Shown: positions 37,348-46,439 of the stretch, piece after piece
Layout of the letters: each line of letters starts with the position of its first letter
Position numbering within the stretch: the first letter of the stretch is position 1
From: Gemmatimonadota bacterium
GTDB taxonomy: Bacteria > Gemmatimonadota > Gemmatimonadetes > Gemmatimonadales > GWC2-71-9
Reading direction: 5' to 3'
DNA length: 64,000 nucleotides
Assembly: GCA_039656555.1 (NCBI GenBank)
Contig: JBDHLU010000003.1
Location: 3,452-67,451, forward strand
Made by a program: the position numbers and the translations under genes
Notes under the pieces: model-generated
The model's database searches: none
Seen by the model: only the letters and a program-made list of their open reading frames with translations
Told to the model about the DNA's origin: nothing

Positions 37348-38289
37348 TCGTATGTGCGCTCGCCTGGGACTCGGTTGCTTGCTACGCTCCGTGAGCGGGG
37401 TCAGATCCCGTGAAAAAGGCCGATTTACAATGGTTGTTTGCAAGCTCACGTGGACGGGTCGCTGGGTTACGCACGTTGTCAGCACCCTTACGTGTGGTGG
37501 TCGCAACTGTGCGTGGACTGCGGGCGACTGTGCGGACGCGACGTGCAATGGTCCCGCAGGTGTCAGCACCCTTCCCCACGCCGTCCGCAGGGTTCCATCC
37601 AACGTTCGTCACCGTTGCACACACCCATCGTTGGCTTACAAACATCGATGGGAGGTCTGTTTACCTTCGTCGCCGCCCGCATTTCCTGCCTTATCGCCCG
37701 TATCTCGTCGTGCCGCAGTCGTTCGTACCGGGTGGGACGCGTCCTACTGGTGAGGTATGGTGGACAAACGGTATTGGCTCACGTATTCACAACCATGTTC
37801 GAGCGTCAAACCCGACATCGTACCCTTCTCCTCGGGGCTGTGACATTATCGGACTCGAAGCGGCCGCGCGCCAGTGCACGACCGTGCAGCGCTTTCTTCG
37901 CGTACCTCGATCGTGCTTGGCTCGGAGCAGGTGTTCCTCCGTCCAGGCTGGAGGCAAATCATCGGCGCGTCAGCTTCGCCGAGTTCTTCCCTGCCTTTAC
38001 CACATTCCAGGTTGGATACGAGGGATCTCTTTGGGTGCAACCAGTCAGATCCCCGGCAGATCTTTCCGACAAAGAGATCGAGTTGTACAACTTCATAGAA
38101 GATTTCGGGGCCTCCGGCTGGGGTGTGTTCGATCGAGCCGGGAGGACGAAATCTTTGGGGTGTGGCGAGATGACATCGATGTCCAGTGCGTCGTTCGCCT
38201 GCACGTGATAGAGAGGTGACTTGAAGGCCCTGTAGTGATCGGGACTCATCTCGGGCGAGGGTGCGGAGACAACAAGTGGAGACGAAATC

Positions 38290-38370
38290 ATGAGCCAAGC
38301 AGAGCAAGACCGTCGTGTGGATTACGTAGAGTTCCTGACGACCAACCTCGAGGAGACCAAAGAGTCGTGA
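38290..38370 (+). pseudogene. 26-codon remnant resembling the N-terminus of a VOC/glyoxalase-family protein
   Basis: MSQAEQDRRVDYVEFLTTNLEETKES-stop. The VDYVEF..T.LE.TK pattern is the usual first beta-strand and helix of VOC proteins. The ORF stops prematurely, 5 nt before the next gene. Confidence 0.3.
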
Positions 38371-38375
38371 GTGAA

Positions 38376-38867
38376 ATGATCCATGGACTTCGGTCATCCA
38401 GAATCGGGCTGATCGCAGGGCTCCTGGCGATTGCGACAATCATCAGTTCGGTTGTGCTGGGTCCCGGAGGCGCGCGTCCTCTTCGGATCGTTGGTGCCTG
38501 TATCGGGCTGGTGGCGTTGCCGTTCGCGGTCGTACCCATCTTCACACTCGTGCGCCGCGGTAAACCGACCGAGGGCGAGAGCTATCTGCAAACGACGACG
38601 CTAGTCGACAGCGGTCTGTTCAGTGTCGTACGCCACCCTCAGTATCTGGCCTACATCCTCTTCATGGTGACGTTCGGTCTGCTGGCGCAGCGGATGGTTG
38701 TCACAGGTTTGGCGATCGTTGCGAGCGTCCTACTGTACTGGAACGCGATCCTCGAGGAGGACGAGTGCTCAGATAAGCTGGGCCAGGCGTATCGGGACTA
38801 CATGGAGAGAGTACCGCGTTTCAATCTTGTCGTGGGCGTGGCTCGAAGGCTTCGACGACAGGGCTGA
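38376..38867 (+). CDS. Isoprenylcysteine carboxyl methyltransferase / phospholipid methyltransferase (ICMT/PEMT) family membrane protein
   Basis: TM-rich, 163 aa from ATG 38376, with the LVDSGLFSVVRHPQYLAYILF motif and a downstream EE..L...FG..Y..Y-like pattern (EEDECSDKLGQAYRDYMERVPRF). Confidence 0.7.
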   Translation: MIHGLRSSRIGLIAGLLAIATIISSVVLGPGGARPLRIVGACIGLVALPFAVVPIFTLVRRGKPTEGESYLQTTTLVDSGLFSVVRHPQYLAYILFMVTFGLLAQRMVVTGLAIVASVLLYWNAILEEDECSDKLGQAYRDYMERVPRFNLVVGVARRLRRQG

Positions 38868-38891
38868 GCCAACTGCCTAGCGAGCGGTACG

Positions 38892-39941
38892 CTACTCCCC
38901 TTCCAGTTCGGCCAAGTACTGCCGGCACTCGATTTCCTCGAGCGTCCGTGATTCGTCTGTCTGGATGACGAAGTCGCCCCACTCGCCGGCAGGGGCGGGC
39001 TCGAAGGTGTCGATGTCCTTAACTGGTCGCAGCGAGATGATCATGCGCGAGGTGCCGGGACGGTAGGCCTCGAGGTGCTCCGGCGTGCCAGTACCGCGCG
39101 CAACGTGGAACCCGCCGACCATGTGCAGCACGAGGGCGTCCGGCTGCTCGGCCAAGTACTCCGAGATCCGGTACGCCATCGTCGCGTCCCACAGCACCTG
39201 GCTGTGCAGTTGGTTCCCCATATTGTCGTGCGATCCGGCGGGTACCCGGGCTTGTACCGTATCCTTACCTTCTTCGGGCTCGGGGATCGGCAGACCGCAC
39301 TTCATACCCTCTTCTTCCATCACCTTGGAGATGACCCGGATCCACTGGTTCCGGTACTTCTCGGAAGGCTCTCCATAAGGCAGCGGCGCGAGACTCGCCA
39401 ACGCCTCGGGACTCAAGTCGTACAGCGACTCGCGCCCGTACCTGGTAACCCGAGTCGTGTACCGCCGTGGGGCGTTTGCCGCGATCACGGCCAGCCCGTT
39501 CTCCTTCGAGAACTCGATCAGGGGCCGGTAGTCGGTTTCGTACCTGGGCCACGGCCGGCTGTCGGTCCGGAACGCCTTCTCCGTGATGAGGTCGGCCAGG
39601 TACTCATCGACGATGGGCTGCGCATCGCTTTGAAAGAACTCCAGCGATAGCGCTACCGGGCGGGGCGCGCCGGCGTTCGAACCCGGAGCTCCATAGGCCC
39701 CGTACGCCCGCTCGAGCAGTTCGGCCTCGAGCATGTGGCCAGTCGGGTCGTCGTGGGCCTCGCCGATGAACACGACCTGGTGCCGTCCCATCTCGCCAAT
39801 GATGTCGTCCATCGACGCAGGTTCGCCGGCTCCAGTGAACACGCGGTATTTGCCCGCCACGTACAAAGAGTCCTGGGCGTGGGCCGGCAGCGCGATCAGC
39901 AATAGGAGCGGCAGCGCCGCGAGAATCATCTTTGTTTTCAT
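38892..39941 (-). CDS. ChaN-family (haem-binding uptake / Tiki-like) periplasmic protein
   Basis: Signal peptide MKTKMILAALPLLLLIALPAHA, then VVFIGEAHDDPTGH and later GGFHV, typical of ChaN/PF04187. I prefer ATG 39941. The longest ORF extends to 40337. Confidence 0.7.
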   Translation of the reverse strand: MKTKMILAALPLLLLIALPAHAQDSLYVAGKYRVFTGAGEPASMDDIIGEMGRHQVVFIGEAHDDPTGHMLEAELLERAYGAYGAPGSNAGAPRPVALSLEFFQSDAQPIVDEYLADLITEKAFRTDSRPWPRYETDYRPLIEFSKENGLAVIAANAPRRYTTRVTRYGRESLYDLSPEALASLAPLPYGEPSEKYRNQWIRVISKVMEEEGMKCGLPIPEPEEGKDTVQARVPAGSHDNMGNQLHSQVLWDATMAYRISEYLAEQPDALVLHMVGGFHVARGTGTPEHLEAYRPGTSRMIISLRPVKDIDTFEPAPAGEWGDFVIQTDESRTLEEIECRQYLAELEGE

Positions 39942-40100
39942 GGCAACGAGGATAGCACCGTGACGGGCCGATAGGGAGTTTCGGCATCTGTGACAAGTCC
40001 TCGCCAAGCATCGGTGCTGGGTTTCTTGCGCGCACACTTTCAGGCGCTCAAGTTGTGTGAAGCTGAGATTCGATCTTTCTCCAAAGGAGGAAAGGGTTTC

Positions 40101-40865
40101 ATGAAGGCGTTGACTGCATTCGCTGCTTTCGCGGTAGCAGTGGTAGTGCCGCCTAAGGCCGTAGGACAGGTGCCGGCGCGGTTTCTGGGAACTTGGGTCG
40201 TCGATGCGGAGGCCACTGCCAGCACCATCGCGGCCGATCCCAATATGGATCCGGAGAACAAGCCCGGGTGGACTGAGCGATGGCTCTCGTCCGGGACGGA
40301 AGTCGAAATCGCTGGGACGTCGATCACTTTTCGCCATCTCGAAGGAGCGACATTCGATCTTGCCGTTTCCCTCGAGGATGACTCGGGAGATCGCACGTTA
40401 CTGTCTGCGGTCCTACCTGATCCTTCCCGACAACAGGAGATGAAGCTGTCGGTCGAGTTGCGCCTCGACCAGGGAGGAAGGATGAATCTCAGGATTGGCG
40501 AGGAAAACGATTTCGACCTCGTGGTATGGCAGCGCAGCGACGATGCCGGGCCTGAGCGCCGGGCACCGGCATTCGGTGATGCGATAGACTATTTGGATAG
40601 CCTGAAGTCCTGCGGCCCGGGAGAGTTCCGCTTTTCCTATCCCGGTATCGGTGCCTACCACCAAACAATCCTCGGTTGGGAGGACGATCGCTGCCGGGTG
40701 CGAAGTGAGCACACACAATTCACCGTGATGTGCGACTTCAGCGCCGAGACGATCGAGCTGTTGACATCCGATGCGAAGTACGAAGAGGCGAGGAGCGGGA
40801 TCCTGAGCGGGTCGACCGACTCCGAAGAATCGAGACGAATGGCCGAGGAGTGTCGCGCGGAATAA
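40101..40865 (+). CDS. Secreted hypothetical protein
   Basis: AAAGGAGG SD and ATG 40101. Signal peptide MKALTAFAAFAVAVVVPPKAVG. I recognise no family. Confidence 0.5.
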   Translation: MKALTAFAAFAVAVVVPPKAVGQVPARFLGTWVVDAEATASTIAADPNMDPENKPGWTERWLSSGTEVEIAGTSITFRHLEGATFDLAVSLEDDSGDRTLLSAVLPDPSRQQEMKLSVELRLDQGGRMNLRIGEENDFDLVVWQRSDDAGPERRAPAFGDAIDYLDSLKSCGPGEFRFSYPGIGAYHQTILGWEDDRCRVRSEHTQFTVMCDFSAETIELLTSDAKYEEARSGILSGSTDSEESRRMAEECRAE

Positions 40866-40908
40866 ACGATGGGCCGACACGATGAGCCGAGGGATCGGGA
40901 CGGACTAG

Positions 40909-41601
40909 ATGACTTGGTCTAGACGACGTTTTCTAAAAGAAGGCTCTGCAGCGGCCGCTATGGCCGCAGTTTGGGGCTGCGGTTCGCAGCGCCCGGAAGA
41001 CGCCGTACTGACCGGAGCGCGGCGAACCTTGGCCGATCCCGGGCCCATGGTGCCCCCGGTGCCGGCAATTCTGTTGACCGTTAACGGCGCGCCGGGTGAT
41101 CCGGATGAGATCTCCGTCCTGTGGACGTTCGTGGTGAACGGCGATCCGCCGCAGGTCGGAGTGAGTGCGGGTTCCGAACATGTTGCCCGCCAACTTCTGG
41201 AGCGGCACGACGAATTCGTTCTTAACATTCCGACCGTATCGCTGGTCGAAGCCTTCGACACCGTCGACATGAACTCGAGTCGTGTCGCGGACAAGTTCGC
41301 GTTGTCTGGGCTCACCCGAGGACGTGCAGTGGCGGTAGACGCTCCAACGGTGGAGGAAGCACCGATCCACTGCGAGTGCAGGACCATTGCCTCGCTGGAT
41401 GTCCCGCCCGTTAGAAAACTGTTCATCGCTGAGGTCGTCGCCACAACCGCCATCGAGGGTGCGGTGGACCAGTCGGGGCGCCTGGTGGTCCCGAACGTGC
41501 CGTTCTTCGGAATGACCGCCGGTAGCGGCGAACACTATACAATGGGAAATCGCGTGGGCAACATCGGAATGACGGCGGGTAGGACGGATATCAAGTACTA
41601 G
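40909..41601 (+). CDS. Flavin-reductase-like (FMN-binding split barrel) protein with twin-arginine signal
   Basis: The N-terminus MTWSRRRFLKEGSAAAAMAAVWGCGS matches the Tat consensus S-R-R-x-F-L-K. The body (VLWTFVVNGDPPQVGVS...EFVLNIP...SGLTRG...IHCECR) resembles Flavin_Reduct-domain proteins. Confidence 0.65.
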   Translation: MTWSRRRFLKEGSAAAAMAAVWGCGSQRPEDAVLTGARRTLADPGPMVPPVPAILLTVNGAPGDPDEISVLWTFVVNGDPPQVGVSAGSEHVARQLLERHDEFVLNIPTVSLVEAFDTVDMNSSRVADKFALSGLTRGRAVAVDAPTVEEAPIHCECRTIASLDVPPVRKLFIAEVVATTAIEGAVDQSGRLVVPNVPFFGMTAGSGEHYTMGNRVGNIGMTAGRTDIKY

Positions 41602-41617
41602 CGCATACATTTGGTCG

Positions 41618-42451
41618 ATGGGCATCTATCCCCAACCCAACTCCTGGCTCTGCGGCCCGTTCGCACTCAAGCACGCGCTGATCGCCCTTGGCGTGTTCGA
41701 GAACGAGTGGGCTATTGCCCGTGCCGCAGGAACGGATACCGGCGGCACTGACGAACGGGATCTGGCGCGGGCGGCCCGGCAACATGATTGCAGTGTGAGA
41801 ATGATCCGCGTGCACTACGCAGAGGACGCTCGCGAGGAACTCGTACATCATCTCGATGCGGGAATGCCCACGCTACTCTGCATCGAACAATGGGATCATT
41901 GGATCACGGCCATGCACCACGAAGATGGGCGCTTCGTGCTTTTCGACAGTCGCGGGCCTCACGTGATTCGTGTGATGACGTGGGAAGAGCTCCAGCCCAA
42001 GTGGGAGTATCGCGAAGAGTCAGGGGGGGGCATTTACGATCTACACCCAGTGGTCTCCCGAAATCGGCACGCGAAGGGCACGGCCTCGTTTTCCCTCGAG
42101 CGGGCAAAGTGGCTTGCCCGGCCGCAGCACGCAGGGTTGGCCCGGCAATGGAGCGACTATGCCAAGTTGCTATTGGTTCACGGCAGGTCGCGCCCGACTG
42201 GCGGCAATCACGACATGTTCTCGCGTTCGTTGAGCGATGCGCTAGAGGGTCTGGAACAGCGCCTGGTCGCCGAGGTCGACACCAGGATGGGATCCACCGA
42301 TGCCGATGGGACGCGTCAGGTGCTCGAGCGATTGCGGTTCGTGGCTGACACGTATGCCCTCAATATCGATGCCGAGCGTGAATTGGGCCTGGCCCCAGCG
42401 ATACATGACTTTGTCATCAACCGGCTCCGGATAGCCCGTCCGGTAGAGTAA
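41618..42451 (+). CDS. Papain-fold (peptidase C39-like) domain protein with unknown C-terminal domain
   Basis: QPNSWLCGPFALKHALIALG (Gln...Cys nucleophile context), then TLLCIEQWDHWITAM (His) and FVLFDSRG, laid out as in C39/C39_2 peptidases. No signal peptide and no adjacent ABC exporter. Confidence 0.5.
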   Translation: MGIYPQPNSWLCGPFALKHALIALGVFENEWAIARAAGTDTGGTDERDLARAARQHDCSVRMIRVHYAEDAREELVHHLDAGMPTLLCIEQWDHWITAMHHEDGRFVLFDSRGPHVIRVMTWEELQPKWEYREESGGGIYDLHPVVSRNRHAKGTASFSLERAKWLARPQHAGLARQWSDYAKLLLVHGRSRPTGGNHDMFSRSLSDALEGLEQRLVAEVDTRMGSTDADGTRQVLERLRFVADTYALNIDAERELGLAPAIHDFVINRLRIARPVE

Positions 42452-42525
42452 CTTCTGGTGCTTCGCGAAACGCACCGACGGCCTGCGCCGTAAGTGTGTT
42501 TGAATTCCTTGTTTGGAGGTAGCTG

Positions 42526-43338
42526 ATGCGTGCATGGAAAGTCAGTCTCGCTTTGATCTTTGGGCTCGGATGCGCCTCGGGCGGTTCGCGGGGCCCGACC
42601 TTCGAGTACCAACCAACGAGTGGCCCGGCACGATACACGATGGCCGCGGACAACACTGTTCTAGTGGATACCCCGATGGGCCTTCAAGAAAGCGGAGACT
42701 CGACGCGGGCAACCGTGGCGATCACCATTGGTGGTGCTACCCAAGGGGGGCGTGAGGTCACCGCATCGTACGAAGCTTTGACGATCTGGCTGACCGGTGC
42801 CGCAACAGGAAAGACCGAGGGTGGCTCCCTCATCGACCAACCAATGTCTGGTACACTCTTGCCATCGGGTCGTATCGAGTTCTCGATTGATGTCGAACCG
42901 CTTAACGGGTTGTTCGATTCCCAGGCCGCGTTGGCGGACTTCTTGGTCCCGATGCCCGAGGACGGAAACACGGCCCAGCCTTGGCAGATCAGTCATACGA
43001 CGACGAGCGGCGGTGTCTTCGACGTAACGTCGACGTTCGAGGGCAGTGGGCAGATCATTGGTGATACGGTGTGGAATGGCAAGCCGGCCAAGGTGATTCG
43101 TGTCGATGGTGACCTAACCCAGAACGGCAGTGGACAACCCGCAGAGTCTCCGGCCGCGATCGAGTTCCGGTTCACTGGAAGTACGACGGCGATCTACGTT
43201 TGGGACCACAACGCGGGACTCATGCTGGCCGCGGTTTCATCGGCCGAGTTGCAAGGCCCCCTGACGCTTGTCGGTTTCGACATGACGATGCAGGCCACGA
43301 CCGAGGTAACGGGGCGGATACAACTGATTCAGGAGTGA
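42526..43338 (+). CDS. Hypothetical lipoprotein
   Basis: GGAGG SD. MRAWKVSLALIFGLGCASG carries a lipobox. The remainder looks beta-rich, and I recognise no family. Confidence 0.5.
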   Translation: MRAWKVSLALIFGLGCASGGSRGPTFEYQPTSGPARYTMAADNTVLVDTPMGLQESGDSTRATVAITIGGATQGGREVTASYEALTIWLTGAATGKTEGGSLIDQPMSGTLLPSGRIEFSIDVEPLNGLFDSQAALADFLVPMPEDGNTAQPWQISHTTTSGGVFDVTSTFEGSGQIIGDTVWNGKPAKVIRVDGDLTQNGSGQPAESPAAIEFRFTGSTTAIYVWDHNAGLMLAAVSSAELQGPLTLVGFDMTMQATTEVTGRIQLIQE

Positions 43339-43392
43339 GGTTGGAATTTCCTTCACGCCTTCTTCATCGATAATCGAATACTCTTCTCAGGC

Positions 43393-44463
43393 ATGAGCCA
43401 AACGTTGTCTGCCCGCGACCGTGTCGAGCGCCTGGAAGGTCTCAGAACGCTGATCGGCAATACGCCGCTCCTAGCCATCGATCTCCGCTTTCGTGGTAGG
43501 GATAGGGTCGTGTTTGTGAAAGCGGAAAACCTGAACATGACGGGAAGTGTCAAAGACCGCATGGCGTACCACATCGTGCGGCAAGCGTACGAATGTGATG
43601 TGCTCCGTCCGGGGATGCGGATCATCGAGGCCACGAGCGGGAACACCGGAATCTCGTTTTGTGCCGTTGGCCGTGCCCTCGGCCACCCCGTAACGATCTT
43701 CATGCCCGACTGGATGAGCCATGAGCGTATCAATCTGATCCGTTCTTTCGGCGCCGAAATCCGGATGGTGAGCCGCGACCAAGGCGGCTTCGTCGGCAGT
43801 ATCCAGCGCGCCGAATTGATGGCGCTCGAATCGGATCTGTCTTTCTTGCCACGGCAGTTTTCGAACGAAGAGAACAGCGTTGCTCATCACGAGACCACGG
43901 GCCCCGAAATCTGGTGGCAGCTGCAATCGAGGGAGCTCACGCCCGATGCGCTGGTCGCGGGCGTCGGCACCGGTGGGACTATCATGGGAGCGGGTAGATT
44001 CTTACGAGAGATGAACCCCAACGTGAAGGTCCACCCGGTCGAGCCGGCATCATCACCCACTCTCTCCTCCGGCCATCAGGTTGGGTCACATCGGATCCAA
44101 GGGATATCAGACGAGTTCATCCCTCCCATCGTCCATCTCGAAGATCTTGACGAAGTGCTGGCCGTCGACGATGGAGATGCCATCGTCATGGCACAGAAAC
44201 TCGCCCGCGAGTTGGGCTTGGCCGTGGGGATTTCGTCTGGAGCAAATTTCATTGGCGCACTTCTGGCGCAGGAGCTCCTCGATGCGGATGCGGTCGTTGC
44301 GACCCTGTTTCCGGATAGCAACAAGAAGTACTTGAGTACGGACCTCCTACGAAATGAGCCGGTGAAGGATGAGTTTGTTTCGACGGAGGTCGAGCTTCTT
44401 GGCTTCACGAGCCTTCGCCGCGTATGCCGCATTTGCGATCCCGAGGAGCACGCGACTCCGTAG
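43393..44463 (+). CDS. PLP-dependent cysteine synthase family protein (CysK/CysM/CBS-like) with C-terminal extension
   Basis: [13 protein letters not shown] (PLP Lys), [19 protein letters not shown]. About 40 extra C-terminal residues. Confidence 0.8.
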   Translation: MSQTLSARDRVERLEGLRTLIGNTPLLAIDLRFRGRDRVVFVKAENLNMTGSVKDRMAYHIVRQAYECDVLRPGMRIIEATSGNTGISFCAVGRALGHPVTIFMPDWMSHERINLIRSFGAEIRMVSRDQGGFVGSIQRAELMALESDLSFLPRQFSNEENSVAHHETTGPEIWWQLQSRELTPDALVAGVGTGGTIMGAGRFLREMNPNVKVHPVEPASSPTLSSGHQVGSHRIQGISDEFIPPIVHLEDLDEVLAVDDGDAIVMAQKLARELGLAVGISSGANFIGALLAQELLDADAVVATLFPDSNKKYLSTDLLRNEPVKDEFVSTEVELLGFTSLRRVCRICDPEEHATP

Positions 44464-44469
44464 TTTCGT

Positions 44470-45096
44470 ATGGCGTTCCCACGACTCATCCGTTTTGTGC
44501 GCGGCCCGCTCGTAGCGGCGTGTTTGACCATGCCTTCATGGTTGCAGTGTCAGAGCGACGGCAACGAATGGACTATTGTGGCTGGGGCGGCGTTGGGAGC
44601 ATACAGCGGCGGAATCCTCGGCACGGTGGGCGGCGTCATGCCGTGCGGTTACGCGCTCAACCCTTCGAGCTGTAGTTTGACTTGGACCCTCGTTGGCGCT
44701 GGGATTGGCGGCGTTTCCGGCGGTCACATCGGTAGCGTGAGCCGAGAGCGGATGGGTGATTTGGCTACATCGGCTGCGATCGGCTTCGGTGTCGGGACGG
44801 CAGTGGGCGTGGTGCTGGCCCCGTTCGTACATCACTACACATGGCAGGATGCACTCGCCATTGGCATGATCGGAGGTGCGATCGGTGCATCACCCAAGGG
44901 TGCAGCCATCGGATTGGCAGCCGGTCTGGCCGGTGGGGTGCTTCTGTGGCGGGTCATACCGACGGCCACCAGCGAAGACGCGCTGCAAACGGCGTTGCTG
45001 GGTCTCGCAGTGGGCGGAATATCCGGCTGGATGGCAGAGGCGCTCCAGGTAGGTGGGAATGGGGCCGTCGTGTTTCCGATGAGCGTGGCGTTCTGA
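44470..45096 (+). CDS. Glycine-zipper membrane protein
   Basis: 208 aa dominated by GxxxG runs (GAALGAYSGGILGTVGG, GAGIGGVSGG, GLAAGLAGG). Confidence 0.5.
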   Translation: MAFPRLIRFVRGPLVAACLTMPSWLQCQSDGNEWTIVAGAALGAYSGGILGTVGGVMPCGYALNPSSCSLTWTLVGAGIGGVSGGHIGSVSRERMGDLATSAAIGFGVGTAVGVVLAPFVHHYTWQDALAIGMIGGAIGASPKGAAIGLAAGLAGGVLLWRVIPTATSEDALQTALLGLAVGGISGWMAEALQVGGNGAVVFPMSVAF

Positions 45097-45097
45097 C

Positions 45098-46198
45098 GTG
45101 TTGAGGCGAAGGAGGTTGTCGGCGCCCGTTGGTTGGTTGCTGGTCTTGGGAGGGTGCGCCTTGGGCCCAGCGATGACGACTGACGTCGGCCGTCGCGGGT
45201 GCGACGCCTACACGAGTGAGAATGTGGCAGTGTTGTGGATGGTGCCCCGGGACGACAACGATCGACGACAACTCGATTCATGGTGTCGGGCAGTGGGCCC
45301 GATCGTGTTCGTGCCCAATGCCTCGATCGAAGTAGCCGATGCGGGACCCGCCGATCCGGTCGTGTTGGCCGTATGGAACGTCTCGCTGGGTGCTGGAAAC
45401 CTCAGAGCGTTTTTGGAGCGCGAGATCGGCCTGCGTTGCGGCCCGCAGCCCCACGTCGAAACTCATGCGCTTCTCTTGTTGCAGGAAGCGTTTCGCCAGG
45501 ACGAAAGCGTGCCGCCAGATCGACCGGGGGCAAAGAGCCAGTTTACGCTGCGTGAGCGCGAGCCGATTGGCGAACGCGTCGATATCGAGCGAGTGGCGAG
45601 CGAGTGTGGGCTTTCGCTGCTCTACATCCCGAGCGTGCGAAATGGAGACCGGGAAACGGGGGGTAAGCGGGAAGATCTGGGCAATGCGATTCTGTCGACG
45701 CTCCCTCTGCGAGATCCATTTGCGATGGAACTCCCCCGCGAAGCTTCGCGGCGGGTAGCCACGGGGGTCGTGGTCGATTTTCCCGACGGCAGATCCCTCC
45801 GGGCGTTGAGCCTTCACTTCAACACGTTTCCCGGCCCGTGGAAGCTTCTACGGACAGGAAACAGCTCCCGTGTGCGTCAGGCGTTGGCCCTAGCCGAGGC
45901 GCTCACCTTGATGGAAGCGCAACCCGGAGCGGAGCAAATTGCCACCCTGGCAGGCGGCGACATGAACACGTGGTCCACCCATGAGGGAGCGTTCCGGCAA
46001 CTCATGGCTGCGTTTCCCGATTCACCCGAGTGGCATGGGGAGCCGACAAGAGGGTCGTTTCCCACCGACCATTTGTTTTTCCGAAAGGGTTCGACGCCGA
46101 ACGGATTCAGCACTCCGGTTTCCTACCATCCGGTCACCGTCGATTACAATTCGGACCACCGTCCGGTTATTGCGTGGATGTTACTCGGGTCCCGGTAG
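45098..46198 (+). CDS. Endonuclease/exonuclease/phosphatase (EEP) family protein, exported
   Basis: N-terminal signal or lipobox-like LLVLGGCA, WNVSLGAG early, and the C-terminal catalytic SDHRPVIAWM motif. Confidence 0.7.
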   Translation: MLRRRRLSAPVGWLLVLGGCALGPAMTTDVGRRGCDAYTSENVAVLWMVPRDDNDRRQLDSWCRAVGPIVFVPNASIEVADAGPADPVVLAVWNVSLGAGNLRAFLEREIGLRCGPQPHVETHALLLLQEAFRQDESVPPDRPGAKSQFTLREREPIGERVDIERVASECGLSLLYIPSVRNGDRETGGKREDLGNAILSTLPLRDPFAMELPREASRRVATGVVVDFPDGRSLRALSLHFNTFPGPWKLLRTGNSSRVRQALALAEALTLMEAQPGAEQIATLAGGDMNTWSTHEGAFRQLMAAFPDSPEWHGEPTRGSFPTDHLFFRKGSTPNGFSTPVSYHPVTVDYNSDHRPVIAWMLLGSR

Positions 46199-46439
46199 CG
46201 TCGGAAGCGGCTGTCGGGAAATCGAGGTCGTCGATGTCCACGTCCACATCGTCGTACCAGCGTCCTCCACCGTAGTGTGGTCGGACTACCCCGGGATATC
46301 CCCACCCTGGATAGCCTCCGTAACCTCCGTAGCCTCCGTAGCCCCCATACCCACCGTACCCGACGTAGACTGAACTCCCGGCGCATGCCGGCAGTCCGAG
46401 CGCCAAGACTAGGCCCAAACACAGTCGCAACGTTTTCAT
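46167..46439 (-). CDS. Gly/Tyr-repeat lipoprotein with acidic tail
   Basis: MKTLRLCLGLVLALGLPACAGS (lipobox), then VYVGYGGYGGYGGYGGYGGYPGWGYPG, then DDVDVDIDDLDF. It is encoded by 9-bp DNA repeats at about 46311-46350. Its 3' end overlaps the convergent EEP gene by 32 nt. Confidence 0.5.
   Translation of the reverse strand: MKTLRLCLGLVLALGLPACAGSSVYVGYGGYGGYGGYGGYGGYPGWGYPGVVRPHYGGGRWYDDVDVDIDDLDFPTAASDATGTRVTSTQ

Noticed and set aside
37317-38300. Integrase or genomic island attached to tRNA-Gln
   Set aside because: I could read no tyrosine-recombinase motif (R...HxxR...Y) in any frame. I found no convincing direct repeat of the tRNA 3' end downstream. GTTCGATCGAGCCGGG at about 38128 matches only the 8-nt T-loop core.
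46300-46360. Short tandem repeats here, the heptamers at 35986-36013 and the AAG/CTT-rich repeats at 63330-63660, considered as CRISPR-like arrays
   Set aside because: The units are 7-9 bp with no spacers. They are explained by coding repeats (GY repeats, Lys-rich protein) or by a promoter-region microsatellite. There are no cas genes in the window.
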